This document shows positions 1 through 11,239 of a DNA stretch of 64,000 nucleotides, piece after piece. Origin of the DNA: an uncultured Acetobacteraceae bacterium (GTDB lineage: Bacteria; Pseudomonadota; Alphaproteobacteria; Acetobacterales; Acetobacteraceae); the NCBI GenBank assembly GCA_964250355.1, contig CAXUGD010000001.1, forward strand, positions 18,881 to 82,880, read 5' to 3'. Under the pieces are notes generated by a model. That model had not been told where the DNA came from, made no database searches, and saw only the letters and a list, made by a program, of their open reading frames with translations. The first letter of the stretch is position 1. Each line of letters starts with the position of its first letter. Both the position numbers and the translations under genes were made by a program.

Positions 1-1394
1 TCGCTCAGAATCTCCATCACCCGGCCGCCCTGGCCGAGATGCGTGTCCCAGGGCCTGGTGCAGGCATTCCAGGCGCGTGGCGATGCGTCCAGCACCGCTT
101 CCAGCCGGTTGCTCTCGGTCTCGTCCGGGCCCAGCACGCGGAAGTTCCGCGTCGCCGCGTTGGCGGCCAGCACGTCACGCAGGAAGCCGCCCATGATTGC
201 GGTTGCCGAGGCGTCCACAGCGCCCGGGGCGGGGAGTGCTACCGCATGGCTCTCGTAGGGCGGCAGGCGAAGCGGCTGCCGGACCCCGCCATTGGCGTGT
301 GGGCTGGCGCTCATGCGCGCGCCGCCGTCCGGCGCCAGGGCGGCGATCTCGGGCGCCAGCCGGCCGTCGCCACCGAACAGGTCTTCCGGACGGTAGCTTC
401 GCAGCCAGCGCTCCAGCAGGGCCAGATGGTCCGGGTTGCCGGCCACCTCGAACGGAACCTGGTGCGCACGCCAGAAGCCTTCCAGCTTCTCGCCGTCCAC
501 CTCCTTCGGCGCCGTCCATCCCTTCGGGCTGCGCAGGACGAGCATCGGCCAGCGCGGCCGCTCCTGCCCGCCCCTTGTTCGCGCTGCTTGCTGGACGTCG
601 CGAATACGAGCGACCGCATCGTCCAAGGCCGCCGCCATCGCATGGTGCATGGGCGCGGCGTCCTGCGCGGACCCGTCCATCTCGGCGGCCGAGCCGACAA
701 AGACCGGCGACCAGCCGTAACCTTCCAGCAGGCTGCGCAGCTCTGCCTCCGTGATGCGGGCGAGAACGGTCGGGTTGGCGATCTTGTAGCCGTTGAGGTG
801 CAGGATCGGCAGCACCGCGCCGTCGGTGGCCGGATTCAAAAACTTGTTGGCGTGCCAGGATGCGGCGAGCGGCCCGGTTTCAGCCTCGCCGTCGCCCACG
901 ACGCAGGCCGCAATCAGGGCCGGGTTGTCCAGCACCGCGCCGAACGCGTGCGAGAGGGAGTAGCCGAGTTCGCCGCCCTCGTTGATGGAGCCCGGCGTCT
1001 CGGGCGCCGCGTGGCTTGGCACCCCGCCCGGGAAGCTGAACTGGCGCAGCAGCCGTCCCAGCCCGGCTTCGTCGCGCGACACGTCCGGATAGAGCTCGCT
1101 ATAGGTGCCTTCCAGATAGGCGTTGGCGAGCAGCCCCGGCGCACCATGCCCCGGGCCGGCGACGAGAAGGATCTCGGCCCCCGTCTCTCGGATGACCCGG
1201 TTGAGGTGGACGTAGATGAAGTTCAGTCCGGGGGTCGTGCCCCAATGCCCGAGCAGGCGCGGCTTGATGTCCGACTGCGCCAGAGGGCGGCGCAACAGCG
1301 GGTTGTCCAGCAGGTAGATCTGCCCGGCGGACAGATAGTTGGCGGCCCGCCACCAGGAATCCATCCGCCCCAGCAGGTCCGCCGGCAGCGTCAA
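1..1394 (-). CDS. xfp: Phosphoketolase (Xfp/Xpk), 5' part; runs off the left edge
   Basis: Manual minus-strand translation gives [57 protein letters not shown]. Probable TTG start overlaps the stop of the upstream gene. Not in the ORF track because it has no stop in the window. Confidence 0.92.
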   Translation of the reverse strand, partial: MTLPADLLGRMDSWWRAANYLSAGQIYLLDNPLLRRPLAQSDIKPRLLGHWGTTPGLNFIYVHLNRVIRETGAEILLVAGPGHGAPGLLANAYLEGTYSELYPDVSRDEAGLGRLLRQFSFPGGVPSHAAPETPGSINEGGELGYSLSHAFGAVLDNPALIAACVVGDGEAETGPLAASWHANKFLNPATDGAVLPILHLNGYKIANPTVLARITEAELRSLLEGYGWSPVFVGSAAEMDGSAQDAAPMHHAMAAALDDAVARIRDVQQAARTRGGQERPRWPMLVLRSPKGWTAPKEVDGEKLEGFWRAHQVPFEVAGNPDHLALLERWLRSYRPEDLFGGDGRLAPEIAALAPDGGARMSASPHANGGVRQPLRLPPYESHAVALPAPGAVDASATAIMGGFLRDVLAANAATRNFRVLGPDETESNRLEAVLDASPRAWNACTRPWDTHLGQGGRVMEILS

Positions 1395-2350
1395 TTATGG
1401 CTGCCCTGCCGCGCGGCCTGCGCCATCAGCACGGCCACCGCGCAGGACGCGACGTGGACGGCCAGGCTGTCCGCGCGGCTGGTCAGAACGATCGGCACGC
1501 GCGCGCCGACGACTACAGCCGCGGCATCGGCGCCCGCCAGGAAAATCAGCTGCTTGGCCAGAACGTTCCCGGTCACGAGGTCCGGGACGACCAGGATGTC
1601 GGCCTGCCCGGCCACCGCGGATACGATGCCCTTTTCCGCGGCCGCCTCCGGGCTGATCGCGTTGTCGAAGGCGAGCGGGCCATCCACCAGGCCGCCGGTG
1701 ATCTGCCCGCGCTCGGCCATCTTGGCCAGCGCCGCCGCATCCACGGTGGTCTGCAGCTTCGGGTTGACCACCTCCACCGGTGCGATGATCGCGACTTTGG
1801 GCGTCTCGATCCCGAGCATTTGGGCGAGATCGATGGCGTTCTGCACGATGTGCCGCTTGTCCGCGAGCGACGGCGTCACGTTGATCGCCGCGTCGGTGAT
1901 CAGCAGCGGCTTCTTGTAGCGCGGCACGTCCATGACATAGACATGGCTGACCCGGCGGTCGGTGCGCAGGCCCGTCTCGGCCGCCATGACTGCGTGCATG
2001 AACTCGTCGGTGTGCAGCGAGCCTTTCATCAGTATTTGCGCCTCGCCCGCGCGGACTAGGCCGACGGCGCGCTCGGCCGCCTCGTGGCTGTGCCCGGCGC
2101 CCTCGATCCTGGCATCGCCCAGCTCCAGGTCGGCCGCCTGGGCCGCCGCCCTGATCTTGTCGGGCGGGCCAACCAGGATCGGCGTGATCAGGCCCGCTTG
2201 CCATGCCTCCATGGCGGATGAGAGAGAGGCCGCATCGCACGGATGGGTCACGGCAGTCGTCACGGCCGGAAGGTCGCGACACCTGTCCAGCAACGCCTGC
2301 CGCCAGCCATGGGTCGTGCTGGCGGCAGCGGCCTGGCCTTGCCCTTCCAT
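1391..2350 (-). CDS. pta: Phosphate acetyl/butyryltransferase (PTA_PTB family)
   Basis: [39 protein letters not shown] motifs. Confidence 0.88.
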   Translation of the reverse strand: MEGQGQAAAASTTHGWRQALLDRCRDLPAVTTAVTHPCDAASLSSAMEAWQAGLITPILVGPPDKIRAAAQAADLELGDARIEGAGHSHEAAERAVGLVRAGEAQILMKGSLHTDEFMHAVMAAETGLRTDRRVSHVYVMDVPRYKKPLLITDAAINVTPSLADKRHIVQNAIDLAQMLGIETPKVAIIAPVEVVNPKLQTTVDAAALAKMAERGQITGGLVDGPLAFDNAISPEAAAEKGIVSAVAGQADILVVPDLVTGNVLAKQLIFLAGADAAAVVVGARVPIVLTSRADSLAVHVASCAVAVLMAQAARQGSHN

Positions 2351-2354
2351 GCCG

Positions 2355-4082
2355 CTACCGCAGCAGGTTGGAGCGGGCGAGTTCGACCACCTCGTCGCCG
2401 CGGCCGCTCATCACCGCGCGGAGCATGTAGAGGGTGAAGCCCTTGGCCATCCCGGCCGTCACCTTGGGCGGCATGGCGAGTTCCATTCGGTTGACCACCG
2501 CGTCGACCAGCACCGGGCCTGGGTGGGCCAGCGCCTCGGCCAGCTTGGACTCCACGTCGGCCGGGTCGTCGATGCGCACGCCGTGGATGCCGATGGCCTG
2601 GGCCATGGCCGCGAAGTCGGGGTTGTCCAGGCTCGTGCCCGTATCCACGAAGCCGGAGGATTTCTGCTCCAGCTCGATGAAGCCGAGCGCGCCGTTGTTG
2701 AACACCACGACCTTGATCGGCAGGCCGAGCTGCTTGGCCGACAGCAGATCGCCCATCAGCATGGTGAAGCCGCCATCGCCGGAGAGCGACACGACCTGCC
2801 GGTTCGGGAACGCCGCCTGCACGCCCAGCGCCTGCGGCATGGCGTTGGCCATGGACCCATGCCAGAACGAGCCCGCCAGGCGACGCCGGCCGTTCATCGC
2901 CAGGTAGCGCGCCGCCCAGACCGTCGGCAGCCCAACGTCGCAGGTGAACACCGCGTCGTCGGACGCGAGTTCGCTGATGGCGCGCGCGATGTGCTGCGGA
3001 TGCAGCGTGCCGCCGGGCCGGCCGTGCGCCAGTTCGTCCAGCCCCTTTCGGGCTTCTCGGTAGTGGGCCACGGATTTGTGGAGGTGCTCGTCGTCCCGGT
3101 TGCGCAACAATTGCGGCAGCAGGGCCTGTGCCGTGGAGCGCACGTCGCCGATGATGCCGATCTCGACGGGGGCGCGGCGCCCGATCGCCTCGGGCCGCAC
3201 ATCCACCTGGGCGATGCGCGCCTTTTCGGGAAAGAACTGCGTGTAGGGGAAGTCGGTGCCGAGCATCAGCAGGGCGTCGCACGCGCCCATGGCGTAGTAG
3301 CCGGACGAGAAGCCGATTAGCCCGGTCATGCCCACGTCGAACGGGTTGCCCCACTCGACGTGCTCCTTGCCGCGTATGGCGTGCACCATCGGCGCCTGAA
3401 GCGCGGCGGCGAGTTGCAGCACCTCGTCATGCGCGCCTTCGCAGCCGCCGCCGCAGAACAGGGTGACTCGCTTGGCGCCGTTCAGCAGCGTCGCCAGTTC
3501 GGCCACCGCCCCCGGCGACGGGACGATTGCGGGCGACGGCAACAGCAGCCCGGCCGGCCTGGGCGCCGGCGCGTCGGCCGCCGGCAGCATCGCCACGTCG
3601 CCCGGGATGACGACGACGCAGACGCAGCGTTCCGCCACGGCCCGCCGCACCGCCACCTCCAGCACCCGCGGCATTTGAGACGGGCTGGACACCATTTCGC
3701 AGTAGCTGCTGCATTCCACGAACAGCCGCTCCGGATGGGTCTCCTGGAAAAAACCCGAACCGATCTCCGGCGACGGTATGTGCGCGGCGATGGCCACGAC
3801 GGGCACGCGCGAGCGGTGACAGTCGAACAGGCCGTTGATCAGATGGAGGTTGCCCGGGCCGCAGCTGCCGGCGCACACGGCGAGCTTGCCGGTGACGTGG
3901 GCGTCCGCGCCGGCGGCAAAGGCGGCCACCTCCTCGTGTCGCGTGTGCAGCCACCTGATGCCGCCCTGGCGTCGCAAGGCATCGGTAAAGCCGTTGAGGC
4001 TGTCACCGACGATGCCGTAGATGCGTTCCACGCCGGCGGCGACCAGGGTTTCGACCATCTGGTCGGCGACTGTCTTTGCCAT
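2355..4082 (-). CDS. poxB: Pyruvate dehydrogenase (quinone) / pyruvate oxidase
   Basis: GIVGDSLN, RHEEVAAFAAGA, GSCGPGNLHLINGL, TPP motif GDGGF..NN, C-terminal GRGDEVVELARSN. Confidence 0.95.
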   Translation of the reverse strand: MAKTVADQMVETLVAAGVERIYGIVGDSLNGFTDALRRQGGIRWLHTRHEEVAAFAAGADAHVTGKLAVCAGSCGPGNLHLINGLFDCHRSRVPVVAIAAHIPSPEIGSGFFQETHPERLFVECSSYCEMVSSPSQMPRVLEVAVRRAVAERCVCVVVIPGDVAMLPAADAPAPRPAGLLLPSPAIVPSPGAVAELATLLNGAKRVTLFCGGGCEGAHDEVLQLAAALQAPMVHAIRGKEHVEWGNPFDVGMTGLIGFSSGYYAMGACDALLMLGTDFPYTQFFPEKARIAQVDVRPEAIGRRAPVEIGIIGDVRSTAQALLPQLLRNRDDEHLHKSVAHYREARKGLDELAHGRPGGTLHPQHIARAISELASDDAVFTCDVGLPTVWAARYLAMNGRRRLAGSFWHGSMANAMPQALGVQAAFPNRQVVSLSGDGGFTMLMGDLLSAKQLGLPIKVVVFNNGALGFIELEQKSSGFVDTGTSLDNPDFAAMAQAIGIHGVRIDDPADVESKLAEALAHPGPVLVDAVVNRMELAMPPKVTAGMAKGFTLYMLRAVMSGRGDEVVELARSNLLR

Positions 4083-4138
4083 GTCAGACCACCTTGCTCG
4101 TCAATGCGACAATTGCAGGACCGGCCGAAGTTCGCCGT

Positions 4139-5458
4139 TCAGACAAGATGCATCTCCTTGGCCGACGCCCTCAGGCCATCGCGGAAGTTCGGATGGGCCA
4201 GCCCGACCAGCGCCGTCACCCGCTCAGTCGAGGACAGGCCTTTAAGGTTGGCGGCGCCGTATTCCGTCACCACCCATTGGGTGTCGATGCGGGGGGTCGT
4301 CACCGGACCGCTCAGCTTGGCCACGATGCGCGACACCTTGCCATGCGCCGCGGCCGCGCTGGCGGCGATGATAGATTTGCCGCCCTTGGAGGCGTACGCG
4401 CCGCGAACGAAGTCGAGCTGTCCGCCGGACGCGCTGTACTGGTGGCCCAGCATGTGCTCGGAGTTGCAGGCGCCGGTCAGGTCGATCTCGATCGTGCCGT
4501 TGATGGAAATAACGTGGTCGTTGCGGGCGATCACCGTCGGGTCGTTCACGTAATCGACCGGCCAGCTCTCGACGGCCGGGTTGTTGTCCAGGAACTCGTA
4601 CATCGACTTCTGGCCCATGGCGAAGGTGTAGACCGTCTTGCCGACATTCTGCTTCTTCGCGTGATTGGTTATGTTGCCGGACAGCGTCAGGTCCACCAGG
4701 CCGGGGCACAACGCCTCGGTATGCACGCCCAGGTCGTTGCGATCCTTCAGCGCCGCGCATACTAGGTTGGGCAACGCGCCCACGCCCATCTGCAGGCAGG
4801 CGCCGTCCGGCACCATGTCGGCGATCAGCTTGCTGATCGTCTCGTCTTCCGGCGCCCCATCGCGTACCGGCAGTTCAAGCAGCGGCACGTGGTTTTCGAC
4901 GATGGCGCTCACCTCCGAGACGTGCAGTTGCGCGCCCGACCCGAGTACGCGCGGCATGTTGCGGTTGACCTCGACAATCAGTCTCTTGGCCGCGCGCGCG
5001 ACCTTGGACGAGTAATCGTTGCCGACGCCAAAAGACATGTAGCCGTGCGCGTCCATCGGTGACACGGCGCACACGAAGCTTTCGACCCCGATATCCTCGA
5101 TCAGCAGCCGCGGCGCCTGGTGGAAATTGTTCGGGACGTAGCGCAGCACCTTGCGCTCGCTCTCCGCGCTCTTCTTGATCAGCGCGCGGTCGGCCGCCGT
5201 GACGAACATGCAGTACGGCTCGATGCGGTCGGCGAGCTCGAGGTCGAGCACCGTCTTGCCCGCCGCAGAGGTCGCCTCGAAGTAGTAGAGCCGCAAAGCT
5301 TCCACGTTCCCCGCCCGCGCCCTGTCAGCGAGCGCCTGCAGAAGCGCCGGGGGCTGCGCCATGGCCATGCCCATGGCCATCTTGCTGCGAGAAGGGATGG
5401 TAGCGATTGCGGCTTCAGGCGTGGTGAGCTTGGATTGATAGACATCGGTAAATGTCAT
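4139..5458 (-). CDS. ripA: Itaconate CoA-transferase-like (acetyl-CoA hydrolase/4-hydroxybutyrate CoA-transferase family)
   Basis: LQMGVGALPN, GVHTE, SEHMLGHQYSASGGQLDFVRGAYASKGG, GPVTTPRIDT closely match Yersinia RipA as recalled; syntenic with ripB and ripC homologues. Confidence 0.85.
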   Translation of the reverse strand: MTFTDVYQSKLTTPEAAIATIPSRSKMAMGMAMAQPPALLQALADRARAGNVEALRLYYFEATSAAGKTVLDLELADRIEPYCMFVTAADRALIKKSAESERKVLRYVPNNFHQAPRLLIEDIGVESFVCAVSPMDAHGYMSFGVGNDYSSKVARAAKRLIVEVNRNMPRVLGSGAQLHVSEVSAIVENHVPLLELPVRDGAPEDETISKLIADMVPDGACLQMGVGALPNLVCAALKDRNDLGVHTEALCPGLVDLTLSGNITNHAKKQNVGKTVYTFAMGQKSMYEFLDNNPAVESWPVDYVNDPTVIARNDHVISINGTIEIDLTGACNSEHMLGHQYSASGGQLDFVRGAYASKGGKSIIAASAAAAHGKVSRIVAKLSGPVTTPRIDTQWVVTEYGAANLKGLSSTERVTALVGLAHPNFRDGLRASAKEMHLV

Positions 5459-5486
5459 CCGCCGATCCCTTCCGTTCTCAATCGTC

Positions 5487-6014
5487 TCAGTAGCCGGCGG
5501 CTTCTTCGGGCGAGTGGCCGCGCTTGTGGATCAGCATGGTGCGCTCGAACGTCATCACCTCCTTGCCGTCCTGATTCACGCCGCGGGTGGATACGGTGAC
5601 GATGCCCTGGGTCGGCCGTTTCTTGCTCTCCCGCTTGCTGAGGATGGTGGTTTCGGCATAGAGCGTGTCGCCCGCGAAGACGGGATGCGTGGCCTTCACC
5701 TTGTCCCACCCGAGGTTTGCCACGACTTTCGCGCTGACGGTGCGCACGCTCATGCCGGTGAGCAGGGCGAGCGTGAAGGTGCTATCCACCAGCATCTTCT
5801 TCCATTCCGTTTTGGCGGCGTAGGCCGCATCGAAATGCACCTGCTGCACGTTCAGCGTCAGCAGGGTAAAATACGTGTTGTCCACATCGAGCACGGTACG
5901 TCCGGGACGATGCTCGAAGACGTCGCCCTCGACGAAGTCTTCGTAGTAGAGGCCCGACGTCTCGCGGTAGCGCTTTTCGCCGACCGGCTTGTAGGCAGGC
6001 AACAGGCTGTCCAT
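5487..6014 (-). CDS. ripB: MaoC-family (R)-hydratase, itaconyl-CoA hydratase-like
   Basis: RYRETSGLYYEDF..HRPGRTV..DN..HFD..NLGWD..HPVFAGDTLY; lies between ripA and ripC homologues. Confidence 0.8.
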   Translation of the reverse strand: MDSLLPAYKPVGEKRYRETSGLYYEDFVEGDVFEHRPGRTVLDVDNTYFTLLTLNVQQVHFDAAYAAKTEWKKMLVDSTFTLALLTGMSVRTVSAKVVANLGWDKVKATHPVFAGDTLYAETTILSKRESKKRPTQGIVTVSTRGVNQDGKEVMTFERTMLIHKRGHSPEEAAGY

Positions 6015-6076
6015 CGTCTAAACTCCTTGTTGGGGACAAGATTACTAACAAACGGCCGCTCCAGGCGGCCTGCCGG

Positions 6077-6919
6077 TCAGGCGCCTTCCTGACCTGCGGC
6101 CTGCAGGATGCGCCGCGCCTTGCGCGCAACCGCCTCGTCGATCATCTGTCCATCGACGACGCCCACCCCCTTCGCATTCGCCGCCAGCACGGCATGCGCG
6201 TGCTCGATCGACTTGTCCGTGGGCGTCAAAGCCTGGTTGATGGGGCCGACCTGGCCGGGGTGGATCGCCGCTTTGGCCGGGAAGCCGAAGGCGATGGAAT
6301 CCGCCGTCTCACGCGATAAGCCGTCCGCATCGTGCACGTCGAAATACGGGGAATCGATCGGCACGATCCCTGCGAGCGCGCACGCCAGGACAAGGCGGTT
6401 GCGCGCTGCGGCCAGTGGCGCCCACGCCGTGGCCGTGCCCAGATCGGCGGCCTGGGCCGCCGCACCCCGCATCAGCCCGAACATTCGCGGCGTTGCCGCG
6501 GCCGTCGCTTCGACGGCCGCAAGCCCCCTGGCGCTCTCGATCAAACTCACGAGCCGTGTATCCGATTTCTTCGTCGAAAGAAGGCGGTCCAGAATGTGCA
6601 TGTGACCCGGCCCATCGGCCTTGGGCAGCACGAGGAAATCGGGCGCGGCCTGCGATGCAAGCAGGGCATCGAGGTCGGCGATGCCAGCAGCGGTATCCAG
6701 GCCGTTGATGCGCAGCGCGCGAGCGGGGCTTGTGCCTGCGCCGGACGAGAGATAATCGATCGCCGTCTTTCGCGCCTTTGGTTTGTCGTCGGGCGAGACG
6801 GCGTCTTCGAGATCGATGATGAGGACGTCGGCCCCCACCTCTTTCGCCTTGGCGAACCGTTCAGGCCGCATTCCCGGAGTAAACAACCAACTCCGTATAG
6901 GCTTCGCTCTTTCCGGCAT
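6077..6919 (-). CDS. ripC: CitE/HpcH-family CoA-ester lyase, (S)-citramalyl-CoA lyase-like
   Basis: RSWLFTP..DLEDAV..LRIN..LIESARG..AKAAIHP; start placed at ATG 6919. Confidence 0.8.
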   Translation of the reverse strand: MPERAKPIRSWLFTPGMRPERFAKAKEVGADVLIIDLEDAVSPDDKPKARKTAIDYLSSGAGTSPARALRINGLDTAAGIADLDALLASQAAPDFLVLPKADGPGHMHILDRLLSTKKSDTRLVSLIESARGLAAVEATAAATPRMFGLMRGAAAQAADLGTATAWAPLAAARNRLVLACALAGIVPIDSPYFDVHDADGLSRETADSIAFGFPAKAAIHPGQVGPINQALTPTDKSIEHAHAVLAANAKGVGVVDGQMIDEAVARKARRILQAAGQEGA

Positions 6920-7246
6920 ATCTTTACCTTTGGACCGAGGCGTTGCTCGAGGGGCGGTCGTGGGGAACTGTGACTGAGAGCGCGACCGGATCAATCTCCA
7001 GGGAGATCCGGCTATGCGCTTTCCATTTTGTCATCGCGCACTCAAAGCGCCAATTTGGCTCCATGTTCCAAAGACGGAGCACGTTCTTGCGGTATTTTGG
7101 TTTGTTTCAGGAAGTCAGTCGTTCAGGCTCGCGTCGGCGGTTTGCTTAGCTTCACTTTGGTTGAGAATAGTCATCTACGTTGCATTCGGCTCGACCGGTT
7201 CGGCACCACAATCCGCCATCGTCGAACGTCATGGAGGTTGGTGGGC

Positions 7247-8074
7247 ATGGGCGGTCTTCTTGACATCAGATTTGCACCCGGAACAATAAAGCGTGGTTGT
7301 ACCCGGCTACAGCGGATTCAACATCAGGACATGTCCGTGTCGATCGACTGCGGCGAGGAGGTCGATCTGCTCGTCAATCTCAGTGGCGGTCACCGGGTCG
7401 AAGGGCGGGTGGATGGCGTATTCCGATCCGAAATGCCGCGACCGGGCTCGGTGTCGGTGCTTCCCCCATCCTGCCCGGTCCGCATCCAGATCAGTGGCGA
7501 CTGCTCGGTTCTGATCCTGCGCATCGAATGGCGTGAAATGCTCGAGTTTGCCGCCCAGAACAGCATCAGTCCCGACCGATTGGTCATACAACCTAGAGTA
7601 AGTGACGACGATCCATTGCTCGCGCGACTGCTGTTCCGGGCGGCTGCGGCAGACACGCCCTTGGCGCGCGAGACGGCCATCGCCGCCATCGCGTCGAATC
7701 TCGTCGCTAGATCGGTTTGCATACCGAAGCGGCGGCAATCGGTCGGCCTATCAGGCAACATCTTGCGTCGATCGATCGAGCTGATCGATTCCAGCACGGC
7801 TGAAGACGTGTCCTTGTCTGCCCTTTCTCAGAGCGCAGGACTGAGCCTGCATCATTTCGCGCGAGGCTTCAATTTGGCGACGGGCTACTCACCCCACCAA
7901 TACATCGTAAAACGCCGGACCGAACGCGCCATCGATCTGCTCGCCAGAAGTCAGCTGAGCATCAGGGACATTGCGAAAGAGGCGGGCTTTACGCACGCAA
8001 GCCACCAGGCGCGTCACGTGCGACGTCTGACGTCGTTGTCGCCGCAGGAGTACAGGCGGCATGTCGTTCCTTAA
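7247..8074 (+). CDS. AraC-family transcriptional regulator, divergent from ripCBA
   Basis: C-terminal double HTH (GLSLHHFARGF..SPHQY..GFTHASH). Start uncertain: ORF opens at 7028, GGAGG precedes ATG 7247. Confidence 0.85.
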   Translation: MGGLLDIRFAPGTIKRGCTRLQRIQHQDMSVSIDCGEEVDLLVNLSGGHRVEGRVDGVFRSEMPRPGSVSVLPPSCPVRIQISGDCSVLILRIEWREMLEFAAQNSISPDRLVIQPRVSDDDPLLARLLFRAAAADTPLARETAIAAIASNLVARSVCIPKRRQSVGLSGNILRRSIELIDSSTAEDVSLSALSQSAGLSLHHFARGFNLATGYSPHQYIVKRRTERAIDLLARSQLSIRDIAKEAGFTHASHQARHVRRLTSLSPQEYRRHVVP

Positions 8075-8211
8075 AGCATGGTCGCATTAGGTTGACCTTC
8101 ACCCGCGATAAACATGCTTGCCAAAACAAGAAGCCAGAACAGGGTAGCTTCGGCTTCCAGAAGACCGCGCCTGCAGGGCACCTAAATACTCCTTTCGATA
8201 TGTCGAGAAGC

Positions 8212-8511
8212 TCAGAGGGGTCCAGCCAGGCTCTGCGCGGGTATGGCGTCGGTGAACTTGGCTATGTCTGCCATGACATGCGCCGTTTCCGGTGCGGCAA
8301 GCGCCGTCCGCAGCGCCGCGTCGTCCCGGAACTTGCATTCGGCGATGGCGATTGTTCCCGCACCGATCTCAGACGGGAAGAAAGCGGCGCAGGACACCAG
8401 CCCGTAGCGCGTCCAGGACTGCAAGACGAGCGGAACGTGGCCGGACACGTAATAGTCGCGGTCGAAACGGGTGGCGCCGTCGCCGGGATAGGTCACGTAC
8501 ATCGTGATCAT
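8212..8511 (-). CDS. EthD-family protein
   Basis: MITMYVTYPG..RFDRDYY...HVPLV..VMADIAKFTD pattern, about 99 aa. Confidence 0.8.
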   Translation of the reverse strand: MITMYVTYPGDGATRFDRDYYVSGHVPLVLQSWTRYGLVSCAAFFPSEIGAGTIAIAECKFRDDAALRTALAAPETAHVMADIAKFTDAIPAQSLAGPL

Positions 8512-9076
8512 GCAAAATCCTTCTCGCTTGGAACGTCGAGCGCGTTGAGCGTGATCGAGACGGTGGCGTAGGTCCCGACCCAGAAGACCAGCTCGTTCAG
8601 CGCGCCCTGGCCGAGCAGGTCGCGCGCCGCACGGTAGGTGGCGCCTGGCAACACCCCGCCGTCCAGGAGTGCCGACGTCACATCGTAGGCGCACCCCTCC
8701 TCCGGGGTGAGGTCGGCGGCCGCTGCCCGGCCGCGATCAGGGCGATCTTGGCCGCGTTCATGCCTTGCTCGGCGGCGGTGGCAGCATGGGCGTACAGCTC
8801 GTACGCCGCCCGGAACCGGGCGCCCACCACCAGTATCGCCACCTGCCTGGCCGATTGCGGCAGAAGCTTGAGTGCCGTGAGGGCGGCGATCACGTCGTAA
8901 TGCGCCTGGCCGACGCTCGGCTCGTGCAGGAACACGCCCCATGGACCTAGCAGCGCGCCGCATTCGTCCGTCGTCTTGAACGCGGTGAAGCCTTGGGCGA
9001 TTTGCTCTCGGTTGCGGTCGTAGAGCGCACGCTGCTCGGCGCTGAGCCGGTCGGGCGGGAGAAGGGGCAGGCGCAT
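8508..9076 (-). pseudogene. Carboxymuconolactone decarboxylase/AhpD-like protein, frameshifted near 8720
   Basis: N-part (MRLPLLPP..LLGPW..AYELYAH) and C-part (DLTPEE..ELVFWVGTY) are in different frames; one base is missing in GQRP/ADL. Intact paralogue at 28931. Confidence 0.75.
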
Positions 9077-9092
9077 CGAAATCTCCTGGTTG

Positions 9093-11239
9093 TCAGGCCG
9101 TGAGCAGGCGGTCCGGGGTGATCGGCAGCTCACGCACCCGCTTGCCCGTCGCATGCCAGATCGCGTTGGCGATGGCGGGAGCGACGCCGCACAGGCCGAG
9201 TTCAGCCAATCCCTTGACGCCGAGCGGGTTCATGATCCGGTCCTCGGCGTCCACGAACAGCGCGTCGAGCGCGTGAATGTCGGCGCAGACCGGGACGAGG
9301 TATTCGGCGATGGTCGCGTTGGCGACGCGGCCGAGAGTGTCGTCCCACTCGGCCCCCTCCAGCAGCGCCATGCCGATGCCGCCGACCATGCCGCCGATGG
9401 CCTGGCTGTGCGCAAGCCGGGGATTGACGATGCGGCCCGCATCGTAGGCGCCGACCATCCGCGCCACGCGGACGCTGCAAAGCTCCGGATCGACACGCAC
9501 TTCGGCGAACACCGCGCCGAAGCCCGCGGAGCTGTGTGTCTTCGCCTCGTCGCCGGGCGCGGCGCTGGCCTCCGCGTCGAGGCGCTGCAACCCGGCCTCG
9601 CGGAGCGCTCCCGCGTGATCATGGGCCGCGTGGCCGAGCGCGAGGAGTTTCGCCGTCAGCGCAGCGCAGGCCGCCTGCACCGCCGAGCCGATGCTGGCCA
9701 TCGTGGTCGAGCCGCCATGCTCCTTGGCGGCCGGGAACGTGGAATCGCCGAGCTCGAACCGCACCCGTTCCATCGGCAGGCCCAACGCGTCCGCCGCGAC
9801 CTGCGTGGCGGAGGTGTAGGTGCCCGGTCCCATGTCGGTGGTGGCGCAGCGGACTGTGGCGGTGCCGTCCGCGAACAGCGTGGCAGAGGCGGAGGTCGGA
9901 TAACGGGCCACATGGTAGATCGCGGTCGCCATGCCGAACCCGACCAGCTCGCGTCCGTCCCGCATCATGCGCGGTGCGGGCGCGCGCCGGTGCCAGCCGA
10001 ACCGGTCCGCCCCTTGGTGGTAGCAGGCACGCAGGGCCTTTGAGGACCAGGGCAGGTCCTTCGTCGGGTCGCGTTCGGCGTAGTTGCGCAGGCGCAGCTC
10101 GATCGGGTCGAGCCTCAGCGCCTCCGCCAGCTCGTCCATCGCCATCTCCTGTCCGATCAGCCCGGTCGCCCAGCCGGGCCCGCGCATCGGGCAGGGCGTG
10201 CTGACGTTCATCGGCACCAGGCCGTAGCGGGTGCGGCGGTTGGGGCAGGCATAGGTCGTGGCAGCGGGCGCGAGCGTGCCCTCGGCAACTCCTCGTAGAG
10301 CGAGGTCTGGCCCGTCACCTCGTGGATCATGGCGGCCAGCCGGCCATCGCGGTCGGCGCCGAGTGCCACGCGTTGCCGGGTCGCGGGGCGGAAGCCGATG
10401 GCGGTGGAGAGCTGGCGCCGGGTCAGCTCCAGCCGCACCGGACGCCCGGTGCGGCGCGCCGCCATGGCTGCGAGCGTCACATGCGGCCAGGTACGCAGCG
10501 CCGAGCCGAATGCGCCGCCCACGAACGGGTTGATCACCCGCACGCGCTCCGGCGCGGTGCCGAAACGGCGGGCGACCTCGTCCCGCTCGTTGCCGACCCA
10601 CTGCGTCTTGCTCCACAGCGTCAGCCGGTCGCCCTGCCACTGTGCCACGGTCGCGTGCGGCTCCATCGCGTTGTGCTGCTCGCGCGCCTGGATATAGGTC
10701 GCATCGATCCGGACGGGCGCTGCTGCGAACGCGGCGTCGGGGTCGCCCTGCTTGGTCTCCGGACCCCGCCCCTTCTTCGCGGCGGTCTCGGAGGTGGGCC
10801 TGGCGTGTTCGGGATCGAAACGCACGCGGCGGTCAGGGTCGAGGTCGAGGTCGTAGGTCACGCGGATGAGCGACGCCGCATACAGCGCCAGCGCCTGCGT
10901 TTCTGCCACCACCAGCGCCACCGGCTGGCCGCTGAACAGTATCTCGGCATCCTGCAGCACGCGCAGCTGTTCGCCGGTGACCGGATCGACCGCCGGCCGT
11001 TCGGCGGGCGCCAGATAGGCAAGCCGGTCGGCGTTGAGATGGGTGAGGACGAGCAGCACGCCAGGCGCGCGTTCGGCCGCCGCGATGTCGATCGCGGCGA
11101 TGCGCCCGGCCGGGACGGTGCTGTCATGCGTCGCGGCATAGGCAAGCCCGTCGGGGTGGAACTCGGCGGCGTAGCGGGCGCCGCCCGTGACCTTCAACGG
11201 CCCGTCCACGCGGGGCAGCGCGGCGCCGATGGCGGTCAC
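9093..11239 (-). pseudogene. paoC: Aldehyde oxidoreductase molybdenum subunit (PaoC/YagR-like), single frameshift near 10288
   Basis: RVDGPLKVTGGARY, HNAMEPH, VGGAFGS in one frame; MRGPG, DMGPGTYT, GVKGLAELG in another; one-base loss at EE(F)AEG. Confidence 0.85.

Noticed and set aside
39-4553. Long plus-strand ORFs (626, 452, 397 aa) and similar long antisense ORFs throughout the window
   Set aside because: They are shadows of recognisable opposite-strand genes in high-GC DNA and contain no family motifs
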